Source: Tubulanus polymorphus (taxonomy: Eukaryota > Animalia > Nemertea). Taken from it: a stretch of DNA of 64,000 nt. Below the pieces are notes generated by a model that saw nothing but the letters and a program-made list of their open reading frames with translations, did no database searches and was not told the DNA's origin. Shown in pieces: positions 35,122-49,206 of this stretch. Where the stretch lies: NCBI RefSeq assembly GCF_964204645.1, contig NC_134036.1, positions 248,001 to 312,000 on the forward strand. Direction: 5' to 3'. Both the position numbers and the translations under genes were made by a program. Each line of letters begins with the position of its first letter. Within the stretch, counting starts at the first letter, position 1.

Positions 35122-38100
35122 ATGTTCGGCCGAATTCACTTCCTGGTTTTGCTGGTGTTACTGGTGAATACTGTTTTTACTGGAAGAACCTCAGGTAAAA
35201 TTATAGTTTGTATTTTCTATTCTAAAAAGCTCTCAGAGAAGAACCACAGATCAATTGATTGGAGATGTTTAATTATATAATCTTGTTTGCCATTTCAGCA
35301 AAATGTTATGGGAAGAGTTGTACTGGTTGGGAGTGTCATTGCAGTAATACAACCGTGGACAAATGTCCAATAAATGGTCAGAACATAGATGGCGCTTTAG
35401 CATGTACAAATCCTAACACCGCATGTGAGTCTACAATAAAAACTCCATATCCCTGGACACCACCAGGATGGACCGGACCAGCTTGTCAAATCGGTAAGTT
35501 TTCTGTTTCAACTGTTTCTGCTCCAGTAAACCGGGGTCACTGGCTTTATATAACTGAACCCCGGATTTTTTTAGATTAACGGATTAACTAATCCATCGTG
35601 TGAATCGGCTTTGAAATGCCCATATAAGGGAAAAGCGGAAATAGAATTTTCATTATTGATAGAAAATGTCAAACATCCGGGAACTGCTGTGACTAAACAA
35701 ACTGATATCAACAACGCATCAGATGAAATTATTCATCAAATAAAATGATTCTTATGAAAAATTATGAAATAAGTTCGATAATATTTGTTTTTTCACGTCG
35801 TCCTGGAAGTTGTTGTATCTACATCTGGTCAACTCTAATTCATTTTAATCGATACTGCTCAAAATGTGTTTTTTAGGTAACGTGGCTCGTGGTAAAACTG
35901 TTACAATGTCATCCACTCATCATCCGTCGTTTCCCGGTAGTAAATGTACAGATGGTCAGACGGAGAGTGGAATATGTCACACTTTAGCGGATAACATGGC
36001 CAAACCATAGAAGTTGCTTCTTTTGTCCATGTCTAAGAAGCTGTCACAGCTCAGCAACCGGGGAACTGCTGCGACTCAATAAACTGAGACCAACTAATTA
36101 TTTCATCGCGTGATGAAAAAGTGTATCACAAAAACATAATCTATGTTTTTAAAATCGATTATATACAAAATGTGTTTTGTAGGTAACGTGGCTCGTGGTA
36201 AAAAAGTTACAACGTCATCCACTCACCCTGGATCACCCGCTAGTGAATGTACAGATGGCCAGACGGTAACAAGTGGTGGTGCTGAACTATGCCACACTAA
36301 TGCGGATCAAGACGCCTGGATTAGAATTGATCTCGGAACTCAATACGTGGTACATGAAGTTACACTTTGGGATAGAACAGACGCGGCTGATTGCGACGCT
36401 GAGTGGAGTGAGTACAAATTATTATTAATTTCTCATATCATGATTGTTATATTGTTATTTCATGGATAGATCAGATGCGACTGGTTGCTCCGATAAAACG
36501 GTGGGGGGGCAGGTTTATAGGTTGCCATTAACTATCACAGGAGTTTGGCGATGGGCTTAGATCTTATTTCCGGGTTGTTGATAATCTCGCGAGAGTGGCG
36601 CTAAATATGAACTGCGAATAAATTCAAAATATCACAGAAATACCTTGTGTTTATATTGTTTATCTATCCGCTATAAAGTTCCGTTAAAAAATTGGTCGTT
36701 AAGGATCATTATCAGACGCAACGCTTTACTATATAAAATCAGTAGTTTTAAAATAAAAAAATAAAATCCAACCGATTAAACGGGGGGGGCAGGTTTATAG
36801 ATTGGTATTAAGTACAACCCGGATATTAACTCATTTTTAAAGGGGTACCAGCTACTGCGGGAAGCGAGGATTCTCAGCGAAAGTCCGCTAGGATCGCTAG
36901 TGGCATTGGGTTGTGCCCTGCCTGTAACACCCTATGAGATGAGCTTCATATCATTTATAACTGCACTATGCTAAGTGATCTGCGTGATAATTCCATCCAT
37001 TTATGTATATCCAGAAACTTCTAAATATGAAGGAATCCTACCCCACAAATAGCTAAATTTATCCAGTTAGGTTTAAGTTTATACAAATCCCTCCAGTGAA
37101 TTGTGTATATACGTGTGATATATCTTGCTGTATATAATTCAATCTCTGTACATGTACTTGCTTTGCCTGTAAATAGTTTTACCGAAAATTAGATTTTAAA
37201 TTTTGTTATGGAATCCTATTTTCTTTTGTCTGTATGCATATATGTATATAATTCTGTTCATGTTTTGAAAAGATTGGAGTAAAATAAATATCTCATCTTA
37301 TCTTACCTCAATTCACTTCTACGTTTCAATTAAATTTGAACCGACTTTTCTGATTAGTGAATCAATGTTCAGTAAAATCTAAACGATACACTGAGTGAGA
37401 TAGAAAATCTTATATCTATCCAATGACTCGTTTGATAATTTTCTTAAAACTCATTGAAAATGAACTTATTTTGACTACGAATAACCCGGTTTTGTAGCGC
37501 CATCTAGTGGTACCGGTATGCCGTTAAGTTAGCCCGGCTTTAAAGTTTATAACAGTCAATAAAACCAGTCGCAAATTATTCTCATTGATATCAAAACTGA
37601 TAGAAAATAGAACAATTTCAACTTTCAACACGAAAAGTCTCGTTGAATGTAATCCCCGTTTAGATGAGATATATTCAGAACCAACCGATTTATTGATGGA
37701 CTCTCGGAACCACAAATTTTGTGTATCAATCAAACATGAAGCTAGCCTCAGTTTGACAACAATGTGTCTGTGGTATCCATGGATTATATCTTTGAAAAAA
37801 ACCTGTTTTATTGAGATATTTTTTAATTCAACTTTCTTTAACACAAAAAAGCAGATAAATATTGTTAATATCATTGATTATTTTGTTTGAGATCTGATGG
37901 ATAAAGATAACAAATAATTTATTAGAATCGCTAATTAAACAATAACCAATTTAGATAAAAGACTCAAAATCAACAAATATTATCAATTGGTTCTAGGAGC
38001 GCCAAAATCGTGGTTCTACAGTTATACAGTTTTGTGGGTGAAGTTCATTGTAGATTCTATTAACAATGTGTCTGTTGTGTCCATGGATAAAAATTAAAGT

Positions 38101-41100
38101 CAAAAAATTATGAAGCTTGATTATTCCCTTCTAGGAAAGGGTGACGTGTAATAAACAAATCACTATGCTTCACTTGCATATATTCCATGTATCATTGTCC
38201 GATTTGCAATATTTTGAAGCTTTTTAATTTATTCTCAGAAAAACGCGCGCGCAACATGGAGATCCGAGTTGGAAATGAATATGGCACTAGTAAAAATATC
38301 TCTACATCTAACCCGATATGTGCTTACCAGGGCCCCGCTCTCTGTGGTAAACATAACACATCAGCATGCAGCGCGGGTCCTATAGTTGGACAATACGTCA
38401 CCGTTCAACACAAGAACATTAGTAAGGTGGAGTATCTCGCACTGGCAGAAATAGAAGTTATTGGTTTCAAATATATCGGTAAGTTTTTCAAAACTAATCA
38501 ATTAATGTCGTGAGATAATCAGAAATAGATTAATCATAATTTTTTGAAATGATATGACTCATCTCCGTTGTGAAGTTGAGAGTATTAAAATCACGAAAAG
38601 GTTTGTTATGAATTGGAAATTTCTCTGAAATGAAGATGCTTCATCTCTGTTTTCTTGTTAAGTAATGCGGGGACACATTACATCTTAAGAGATAAATCCA
38701 CCACTGATAAATAATGAAGTCGATGCCATCATTATTGCGAACATCGTATCATCTTTAAATTTCTGTTTAGCACCCGGTGATTGTAGTAAGGGATCGAACT
38801 CATTTGGATGTATGATTGAATGTTATCCATGTTACAACAACAAAAGTTGTAACTATTTGAGTGGTATCTGTGAATCTGGCTGTTCACAGAATTACATCGG
38901 AAAGTGGTGCGAGTCAGGTATATTACAATGAATCAGAGATTCCTGGGAATCTCACTTCTTATTCCCAAAATTAACCAATTTTAACTAATATATCTCAATT
39001 CAATTTTTCTATTTTAGAATTGAAGTTGGTTTCGAATTTGGCAAAATCTGCGCTGACAGATAACAGTGTAAAAGTCAGTTGGACAGCTTACTCGGGTTCT
39101 GTAGTAGATTCAGGACGTGGTACTGTCAGCGTTCAGTATCAAGTCGTTTATCGTAAGATATCAGAAAACACTTGGACTAATCAGGAATCTGCAGGAGTCC
39201 TTACACATCACACAATTACTGGTTTAACTCCTAATACCGAGTATAAGATAGCTGTTAGACTACAGAAAGTAGTGAACAGTCAACTTGTATCAACTGCGAG
39301 TCTGACTAGTCCCGTACTAACTGTACAGACTTTGTGTGCAGGTAAAAACCCCTCATTCTAATAAACTCTCAATCAGAAATTCAAACAGAGTTGTGTTAAA
39401 CATGTTTGTTTTACTGTAGATCCATTTAAAACAGTGCTAAGTATGCGGTTGCTGTCGTCATCAATTAGATATCAATTCATGAATCGTATAAGTTAAATTT
39501 GTCTGTGATCTTTATTTCAGTACCAGGACCTCCCGCTTCTCTCGACTTCTCATTCACAAGGGATACAATGAAAACTACATTGACATGGACACCACCAAAC
39601 AGTCCAAAATGTGACGTCATAAATTATCGGGTAGGAAATCTCTTGTCCTGACCAGTAGAGGGCACCACCTGCTCTATACTGTAACATGTCTCCTATCTGT
39701 TTTCAGCTCACGTGTGAACCCATCAGTACAATTTCCACAACACCTTTATCAGAGATAAAAACAGTCAATAAACCTAGAATCGAAGGCTCCATCACAACTT
39801 TAGACATAACGACGTCACTGATACCTTTTACTCAATACAACTGTTCAATGTTTGCCTCGAATAGTAGAGGTGAAGGCTCACCTGCCAGTGTAAGCCTTAA
39901 GCCAGGTAAGTCGTTAAAATATCAACCTCAAGAGTAACCATTGATGTCACGTGTCACCAGGTAAAGAACTGATATTTCAGGTAAAATAACGATTCCTCAA
40001 CTGGTTGTCAATAAAACAGCGGTAACAGACACGACTGTTACACTTCAAATAACACGTGTTAACACTGGTAACATTACGTAAGTGTCCTTCAGCCTTTTAT
40101 CCATAGATAACGCATGCTTTTATTAAACGATATATTCTCTGATTTGCAGCGGTTACGAGGTGATCGTGAAGAAACACGATGGACCAATCAACCGTCGCCG
40201 GAAGCGCGCAGTCAACCAATCACAGTACGTCTCGTACGGAGAAGCTAAACAGCGAGGATTATCAGTTTATATTACTGCAGTTCTACCACCGGAAGTGCCC
40301 TCTGAGTTTACAGTTGGTGATACACGTGACTATAGTGGTTACTTTAATGCTCCTCTAGAAACTGAAAAATCTTACAGTTTTATTTTAGGAATCGTTGTCA
40401 ATTATAACGGAGTGAGTTCATCTTTCAATGTGAATAGTTAGTTTCCAATTCGAAAATGACCTCAATGATTCGTTTTCAATTTTTTAGAAAACGTTTCGGC
40501 ATTATCCGCCAATAGAACAACAGCAAGAGAGAATCACTGTTAAAGCACCGTCTAGTAATGCAGGAATAATAGGTGGCGTTGTTGCAGTTGTTCTCATTCT
40601 GTTATTGGTTTCTGTTGTTCTAGTTATAATTTGGAGGTATGATTGAATACCTGGCGACCTCTGTGATATTTTAATGACTCCTCTGTCAATTTCTGACAAT
40701 AAAACATTTCCGATTCCTATTTTCCAGACGTGGAGGCTTCGAACGTTGGAATAAGCAGAACAATTCTCCTGTTCCAATGAACAACATTACACAAAATAAT
40801 GATGCTAGTGCAAGTGAAGCCCCTCCCCTGCTGCCAGCAGCTATCAATCAGGCGTTAGAAATGGGTACTGTGATTCAATAAGACGCACGTCTTTCTGTAA
40901 CTCCTCTCTCTCCAAAATGAATTCGATTCTAGAATCTTATTTGCTCTATAGATGATGAAAATGAATACGAAGTGGTTGTTAGAGATGGTACCCTCATCAG
41001 CGAACTGTTGAACCATACGCTTAACAAGTCAGCGAACTCTTGGCAAGAAATGACTAAAGAATTTGAGGTAAATAGAGAACAATGTCATTGAGAGACAAAA

Positions 41101-44100
41101 AAGTGAAATGATTAAACCTCCCAGGTCCCAGAATGATGACGAACAGTATCTAAATGTGTCGAACCAAGTTTTAACGAGAACTGACAGAAAATTTAGTATG
41201 CGACTGAACTCACTGGGAATCGAACCCGGGTCTGGTATACTCTAGGCCAGCGCGTTACCCATCAGACCAAGAGAACACACGTGCTGGTAGATGTTTAATA
41301 CAGGTTTTGGTGTTTCTATGATTACCACATTTACAGAGCATACCCAAAACGATCAACGGGGCCAGCGTCAGCGCATTCCTGGAGGCAAACTTCCATAAAA
41401 ACAGATACAAGAACATAATGCCCTGTAAGTATAAAGTGACTAAGAGGCAAATATTGAAACTCTGTGTTTTGTGTGTGAACAAATTCAATATATCTATTCA
41501 TATTATCAATTTTCATAAGTTCAATATTGTTATATTAATTTTTAATATAAGTTTAATATTTATCATTCCTCACTGAAAATACATGGTGTTTTTGGTATTT
41601 AGTAACTATTGAATACACCTATATCAGTTTATGTCATTCTATTGAGTTTGAATTTTGTTGTTTTTCCAGATGATTCGACTAGAGTTGTTCTGGAACAAAT
41701 CGGTGACGATCCAACATCAGATTACATCAGCGCCAATTATATTCGGGTAAATTATTCTCTTCGAGAAAAGGAGGTGTCTACTGTTGTTGTTTCTGATGGT
41801 ACTGTAGAACTGATAGGCAGGTTTTCTCTTGTTTTGCAGGGGTCGCCAGGTGACGAGACTTACATTGCGAGCCAGGGTAAGGTGAAGTTTATGGAGCTTG
41901 AAGTGATTCATGTTTTGAAAAACCTTAATGTTTGCTTTCTTACTGTTCTTAGCCCCAATTCCGAGCACATTCAACGACCATTGGCGGATGATTTGGCAAG
42001 AGAAATGTCCGGCTATTATTGTACTCACAGATCTGACTGAAGGACAAGACAATGATAAGAAGGTACAAAAATACTTTGATATGCTGACGTGTAAACAGGA
42101 GAAATTGGAAAAATGTGTCTTTTCTTATTCCGATTGCAGGTGAAGTGTCATTTATATTGGCCAACAAAACTGGATGAAATAGGTCGATATGGAGATATAA
42201 CAGTGACAGTTGCAAAGAAAATGGAAAAACACACTGAGCCTCCAGCAGCGGTACATTTTCTATCAATTACAAAGGTATGATCATATCTTTATTTTAGAGA
42301 GTGGACCATGTCCGATGTTACCTTGTTCCACATATGTAAATAAACTGTCTCTCTCGATGCGTAACGTTAGATTTATTTTATAGCGTGGCCACAAACAAGC
42401 ACATAATCTAATAGTGTTTCACTATCGAGGATGGCCGGATCATGGTGTACCGTTCCCGGCTTCATCTGTAGTTCGCATGCAACGATTCATCGAACAGCTA
42501 CTCACCGAACAGAACCCGGGACCAATACTCATACACTGCAGGTAATCTATCAAACGAAATAGTGAACATAGTCTAAACCTACTTGTTACTGAGAAGCGTC
42601 CTAGGTTTAGTTCAACGGTATTTCCTTTAGTTTGACTCAAGAGTCCAGAATATTCATTTCCAACGTTTCTAGCAAAATATTTCTCCAGGGTATAGGTCCC
42701 AAGGGATACCAGACAGAACTGCCAATATATTGTAATTGGACTATGTATTTTTGTGATATGGTCCTTTGTAGTGCTGGTGCTGGAAGGACTGGTAGCTATA
42801 TAGCTTCAGAATATCTACTGAGACAGGCCAAAACTACTGGACGAGTCGGAATCTTCCCGCTGTATCGAAACCTGCGACAACAAAGACCAGAAATGATCCA
42901 AAATATGGTAAACCTTTGAGGAGAATCATATCACGTTTTTCAAAGTCCAAAACTTCTACAACATGTTGGTTTATTGTTTTCTGCAGAAACAGTACAGTCT
43001 CGTGCACCAGATTCTACTGGAGAAACTGGTATTGGGACCAGTTGCATACCCGACCACGAGTTTCAGAGAATCATACGAGGAAATAAAAGCAATGCGTCCT
43101 GTATCTAAAAACGTATCTGATAAAATAGAGGAGCAATTTCTAGTACGTATAGAGTTAGATAAGCTTCCTGAAGAGAAATTCTTACATATAAGAAAAACTT
43201 GTCAAAATGTTATTTTAGATATACAAAGCATCTACTCCGATACAAGGTCCTGCAACTTTGGCGATTGCAAAGCTGCCAATCAACGTCAAGAAGACACGAT
43301 ACCAAGAAATACTTCCAGAAACCAAATATCAGGCGAGGATTTCCAACGAAAAAGAGTCGTTCATCAATGCTTCATTTGTACATGTGAGTGAAAAATCCAA
43401 ACAATGTTTGAGATCATCTTTACTGTCAGCTCTTTTCTGCATGATCATATATCAATATCTATAGTTAGAACCTGCACTAAAAAGACGCCATATTTCATAA
43501 TGGAAAATATCACGTTTGCATTGATAAAGTTTATCGATCTTACATTTTCGAGATTATTTCATTTCATTAGTTTTATTCCGTTTCTGTAGATGGAATTTAA
43601 ATGAATCTTGAAAATTTCACATAAACAATATCATCATAATTGTGGGATATTTCATCATATCTACACTGAGTATATATCGGTTTTAATCCGTCATTTCATC
43701 ATAACTCGATTATTCGGACAATCTATTGTTTTTACAGACGATCACTAATGACAACGTGTATATAGCTACACAAAGTCCGATGCCGAACACAATTACTGAC
43801 TTCTGGCAAATGATCTTTAAATATAACTGTGAACGTATCGTTATGATGCATCAAGAACATCCGCACGATCCGGTAAGGCTTATTCCAAATGTTTCAAATT
43901 ACCCATTTGCTTCCTGTCCATACAAATATGAATATGATCGTGTATTTTTCTAGACTTATGCAAATTACTGGCCGACCGATGGTGTAATAACATTTGGACC
44001 GTTCGAAGTTTCGTTAGAACAATCGCATACGATGCCAAACGAACAAGTCATCTATCGTGACCTCATACTACAGACTGACAATGTAAGTGCTATCCTACAA

Positions 44101-44824
44101 AAGTTCGAAAATCTTATCAACAGAAGATGTAGAAGTATGAGTTGTATTTCTGTTAAAATGGGGAGGTACTCGCTGAGATCTGAATTTCCAGATTTACCAC
44201 AGCTGATAATGATCTCGATAGCATCCTTTCAGGCAAAGATGGCCGATACAGAATATCCGGCATCTCTGTTATTTACCATGACCTGATCAAATCAATTTGA
44301 TTTCTTTAAATTCACAGGAATCGCGTCGGATTCGTCAGATCCAGTTTTTAGGATGGCCTGAAGATGAGTCAATTCCTGACGTACAGAGTCTATTTGACTT
44401 CGTGCAGCTTGTTACAAAGGAACGCGTCACCAGTCCGATTGTTGTACATTGCATGTTCGTATCTTAGCAACGTCAGTAAATTATTCAAAACAATATCACA
44501 TATTTTAACGATTATGCAAATTTTACAGGGACAGCACAACGAGAACAGGACTATTTTGTGCGGCATTTGAATTGATCACCAAGGCGCCATCTAGCGAAGA
44601 GATCGATATCTATCACTGTATTCAAAAACTACGAATGACGCGACCTCAATTCATTCCAAATTTGGTAATTTCCTGATATTTTCTATATATTCTGAATTGA
44701 GAACTTATAATGTTATTGATGTCTTTCTTTTATCTACGTGTTTCAGGAACAATACAAATTCCTGCATGACCTGGTGATACTGTATTTCCAAGGATTCGAA
44801 ACGTACGCAAATTTCGTGCCCTAA
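35122..44824 (+). CDS. Receptor-type protein tyrosine phosphatase, copy B (F-type lectin, EGF-like, 3 FN3, TM, PTP D1 + D2), ~27-28 exons
   Basis: SP 35122-35194; 35299-35493; F-lectin 36183-36407 + 38239-38478; EGF 38771-38917; FN3 39018-39341, then a jump to the exon-13 homologue at 39521; TM exon from 40488; KNRY, WPDHGVP, HCSAGAGRTG; ends YANFVP* at 44824. Confidence 0.9.
35877..35990 (+). pseudogene. Truncated extra F-type lectin exon in RPTP-B intron 2
   Basis: Intact acceptor, then GNVARGKTVTMSSTHHPSFPGSKCTDGQTESGICHTLAD, after which homology stops. Confidence 0.75.
36911..37305 (+). mobile_element. 3' fragment of a non-LTR retrotransposon (LINE ORF2 C-terminal CCHC region) in RPTP-B intron 3
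   Basis: Translates LCPACNTL*DELHIIYNCTMLSDLR ... IAKFIQ; aataaa then a (tctta)-like tail. Confidence 0.55.
41209..41280 (-). mobile_element. tRNA-derived SINE head in an RPTP-B intron
   Basis: Reverse strand has A-box tggtctgatgg and B-box gggttcgattccc; paralogous copy at 58079. Confidence 0.55.
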
Positions 44825-46046
44825 TTAACATATAACGGAAGTCAGTTGCTCAAAGAAAGGAGAAGGACAACATTATGTAACCATTTAACCAAAAATGATA
44901 TTCATATTTAGAGAGGAATTTCCTAATTATTATTTATGGAAACATTGTTAACAACCTACTTTAAGTCAAGAGGTTTTTTGGTGCAGGTCCTGTTTCACAA
45001 ACCATACTCTGAATTTCGTATAAACAAGTTTCTATATGGCATTCATTCATAAATTCTTCTATGGACCCGGTGTCCGAAATATAGTCTTATTGCCATTATC
45101 ATCATTATAACAATCAGTAATTACATGTTATTAAAAAACTTGGGGAAAACCCGTGGAATCCACTGCCAATATTCGATTCATTGCACATGAATTGAGTGCA
45201 GCATTTTTAAGTTGCCTATAAATATATATGGTATCTATATGATCACTAATAGCTGTAGAGACCATATCGGATCTCTTGACCTGTGCCCGTGGACACTGGG
45301 TCCATTGATCGCTTAATGAAGAGAGTCTTGTTCTCGTCGAGGCCCCGGTAACAGAACTATAGATAGCAAACAAACATGTTGAGTAGTTTAATTGCCCGTG
45401 AATCAAGTTTGATTATTTCATAATGTTTGTATTGAAGATCTGATCTGATGCAGCAGGAAACAAATAGGAAACAAATATGTAGATTACATTTTAATCGCCC
45501 ATGAATTTACTGTGGACATTTCCTGTCCAAAAGAAAAAACAAATGCATTTAATCTGAAGTACATATCTCTCTCCACACGGGAGTCGAATCTCTGATCTGC
45601 GTGCGCTGCTTACAATGCACACGTGATGTGTCGTCGCAGTCACGTGATCTCACAGTCACGTGAGATCCGTGCGACGTCGAAAAATGATCGTAGAAAAATG
45701 TATTAGGCTCAATCAGGCTCCCTTTTATAAACATGTATATGTATCATAGCCATGGTTTGAGAGTTAAATAATTAAGTTTGTTTTATTTATTCGAGTTTTT
45801 TTTAAACGTTTTAAACTTTTGTTAATGCGAAAGATAACTGTTAACTATTTGTGCGTGCATGTGTTCGTTAAATATTTGGAATAAAAACTGCTATTAATAA
45901 AGAAAATGTTTTAAGCGTTTCTTTTCGAGGATTAAAAAAAAATTAGGCTAAAGCTGCTGCAAAAAGAGTGAAGTCACTTTATATTGACCTGAAAAATACT
46001 GTGAAAATGATACAGTAATTTCGATGTCGACAGTTTATAGAGTTTA

Positions 46047-46164
46047 CTATGAGAAAACTGGACTCGTGCAAGCAGACACTATCAGCGCAAACAGTACTGC
46101 AATAAGCGACCCCTTGTGGGTGAAAGAAGAGTTACAGTAACTGCCACTCAAAGAACACTTAATC
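46047..46164 (-). pseudogene. Fragment of the Ly6 terminal exon
   Basis: Near-identical to 21065-21182, including the flanks (21018-21497 matches 45998-46471). Confidence 0.75.
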
Positions 46165-46457
46165 GGATCATTAACTTATGTATTGAGATTCAAGGTCACA
46201 CGACTGTTTTTTCTGTTAAATGATCTCAAGTATATTACATGTACGTGTATTATCAACTTGTATTTTTATATGTACAATTATTAAAATTAGTGTTATCTCC
46301 TCGAGGTAATTAGCTTCGCTTTATTTTTCAAAATTGTCCGATATTTTATATCTCCCAATAAAACTTGATATCAGAAAAATTTCGACAAAACAGAAAAGTT
46401 TTTGTATTAAAATGATTTTATTTTATTTCATTACGAGCGGAAATCAATGGATTCGAA

Positions 46458-48071
46458 TTAGCAGAATTGTTGTTTGACCATTGTCAGGTATTTCGCCGGA
46501 ATAACCACTACAAATATCAACATGAGAAAATTACTTGAAATTATATAAGAATAAAGAATATCTCAAAATTTCAAATTCGAATTGAATAAAATTTGAAGAA
46601 ATCTCATTCTAAATCTAAACGAAACAAAATCCATATTTAATTTATTAAGGGTTAGTTAATTTATGAGGAAAATGATTTTAGAAAACGTCTTTTGAATTTT
46701 GTTTCAATTGGCAATTTCTAAGATTTCAATCTGTGGATCTGTTTGATGCTCAACTTACGTTCGTCGTATTCCATCATGGTTTTGAATTCGTCGGTTCCAT
46801 AATCGGGCATTCCAGTGACTCCGATGATATTCTTCAATATCGTGTAGATATTTTTGCCGTGTTTGCAGCCACCGTATTTAAACGGAGTGATCTGATAGAG
46901 CACGTAGGGTCCGACGTTACCGGTTCTGTCGCGGGTGCGGAGATCGGCGTAACAACTAGAAATTAAAGTTATAAAAAAATATCATTATTACAACTGAAAG
47001 AATCCACGGAAAAAGAAACTCAATTTGAGAATTAGAATCCTACAAATTTAATTTATGAGATTTTTCTAAATTTTTGCTACAAACATCAGTCATTAGAAAG
47101 GCATCGGTTTACTGTCATGATTCACCTTTCTACTTCGATTTGAAAGGGGGAAATTCTGTAAATTTGACTGCCAGTTCCCTGGCGAGTGAGGCTTGTCGGT
47201 TCGTGAAAGGGGACAGACATCAAATCAAACCAATAGAACTAATATAATCACGTCAATTTAAACAACCAACGAATCTACTTTAATTAGTCATAGGAGCTCT
47301 GATGTTTTAGCAGAAAGTACAAAATCCATAACTATTCAGAAAAATAGTCTGTCTCATGAATATTATTCGAACCCAACCGTGGACAGTTTGGGTTCAGTTC
47401 TGTATAGTTTAAAATGAAATCGGTTTAGAATTCCATGGTTTAAAAAAGAATTTTTCCAATTTACAACTTACACCTCACTGCTCATAACACGTAGGAAAGG
47501 TTTCTCAGCGGTACGTGGCACAAACTGGAAGCATTTATCAGTGGCCGATTCAAACAGATTCTTGTAAACTTCAAACGATTTTTTGGTCTCTTCTACAAGA
47601 AAAATGAAACGCGACCCGCGTCGCGAAAATTATTATCTTGCGAAAATAACAATTCGTTTCAACCCACGTCGCAAAAATTTTTATCTTGCGAAAATAACAA
47701 TTCGACACGACCCGCGTCGCGAAAATTATTATCTTGCGAAAATAACAATTTGACACGACCCGCGTCGCGAAAATTATCATCTTGCGAAAATAACAATTCG
47801 GTATTTGATATTACAGTAAGTACTAACTTTTGACTTGTTTGTCTCGGGGACTTACCCATGTCATATTCGCCGAAATCGTACGGAACTACATTTCCTGGGA
47901 ATTTCAAAGCCTGCAAAAATGACATGAACGTTTCTCACGCTGTCAACAGAGTTCGGGTTGATACAGCACAATTTATGATAAACGCCCCGAGTCCACTGAC
48001 ACGTGACTGACACGTGATATTCTTACCTGAGACGCAACGACCAAACTGGCAACAATAAGAAACCTATACAT
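46458..48071 (-). CDS. Secreted astacin-like (M12A fold) protein lacking the zinc-binding motif, 155 aa, 5 coding exons
   Basis: Exons 48071-48027, 47910-47856, 47592-47472, 46955-46759, 46507-46458 join in frame: MYRFLIVASLVVASQALKFPGNVVPY...KCFQFVPRT...CYAD...GGC...TMMEY...QFC*. Probable 5'UTR exon with donor at 48609. Confidence 0.75.
47610..47800. repeat. 48-bp tandem repeat x4 in an intron of the astacin-like gene
   Basis: Unit gacccgcgtcgcgaaaattattatcttgcgaaaataacaattcgacac. Confidence 0.85.
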
Positions 48072-48386
48072 TTTGTGTCACTTCTGCAAAATCTGAAATT
48101 ACACAATCCATAATGATATGACGTCACATGTATATAGTTATTCATTCATTTCAAGGTCCAATCAAAGCCTTATCATTTTCACGAAACCGAGCCATCAGGT
48201 CGGTTAGTGGTCAGAGCCCGTGAGAACATCATTTGGATGAGGATACCAGTCCAAACTTTATTAAAACCCGCATGGCATCAAAATAAATACAAGTCCTATA
48301 GTATTTATTTCGAAAGATTTCAAGGTTTTTTGTTCGATGTGGCCCTGAAAGGATTCTACGAAAAAAAATGACAATATAAGTTGAAC

Positions 48387-48504
48387 TGACATTTCGGGTA
48401 TAGAATGCTTTTACCCAACTTAAAGAGATTTATTGTAAAAATATTATCACTTTATCATAGATGGATCTCCTATGTTGAATAAAAGCATTTTGCCCGAAAT
48501 GTCA
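48387..48504. mobile_element. MITE-like inverted repeat (~30-bp arms)
   Basis: tgacatttcgggtatagaatgctttt ... aaaagcattttgcccgaaatgtca. Confidence 0.45.
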
Positions 48505-49206
48505 AACCAGATTATCGTTGTTATATCTTCGATTATATTCACTACATGAACAGCGAGAGGTTTAAATGTCGACATTGAAGGGAGATGTTGTTTAATAAGG
48601 AACACTTACCTCCGTTTGAGAAAACTTGAAACAAATCGCATCGATTCATGAAATCGGCGTGAGTTTAATATAAACGGGAAATCTATCAATATTTACCGCA
48701 GATATCTTATCTGATTTAGAACCGGTAGAGATTTGAACAAAAAAAAACATCGAAATTCATGAAAAAGATATCGATTGATGGCGGAAAATGATAAAAATCC
48801 CGACAAGGATAAAATAACGGCTCAAATGTCATTGAATTCTGTTAAAATGAATTTGTACTTTCTGTGTGTCGACACAATCTGACTGAAATGTGAACCTCGA
48901 ACCACAACTTCCAGTCTCAATCTGCGACATGTTTCTGCTAATTTTGTTGAGTTTTACTCTGACCTCTCCACCCCCAACAGTTCCAAATCTGAAATTCTCG
49001 AAATTCACTTTTTCAATAAGGTTTTGTCTTCCGGGGTTGGGTCTACATCAATTAGCGAATCCGACAGTGTCGAATCCGTACAAATACAAGTTTTACAAGG
49101 TTCTCAAACCCTGTTTTATGAGACTATGAAAAAGTCGGTCACGCTGTAATGAAACAACGTAGAAAACCGGTTCGTGTAGAGTCTATATCTAACCGTGAGT
49201 TATCTG

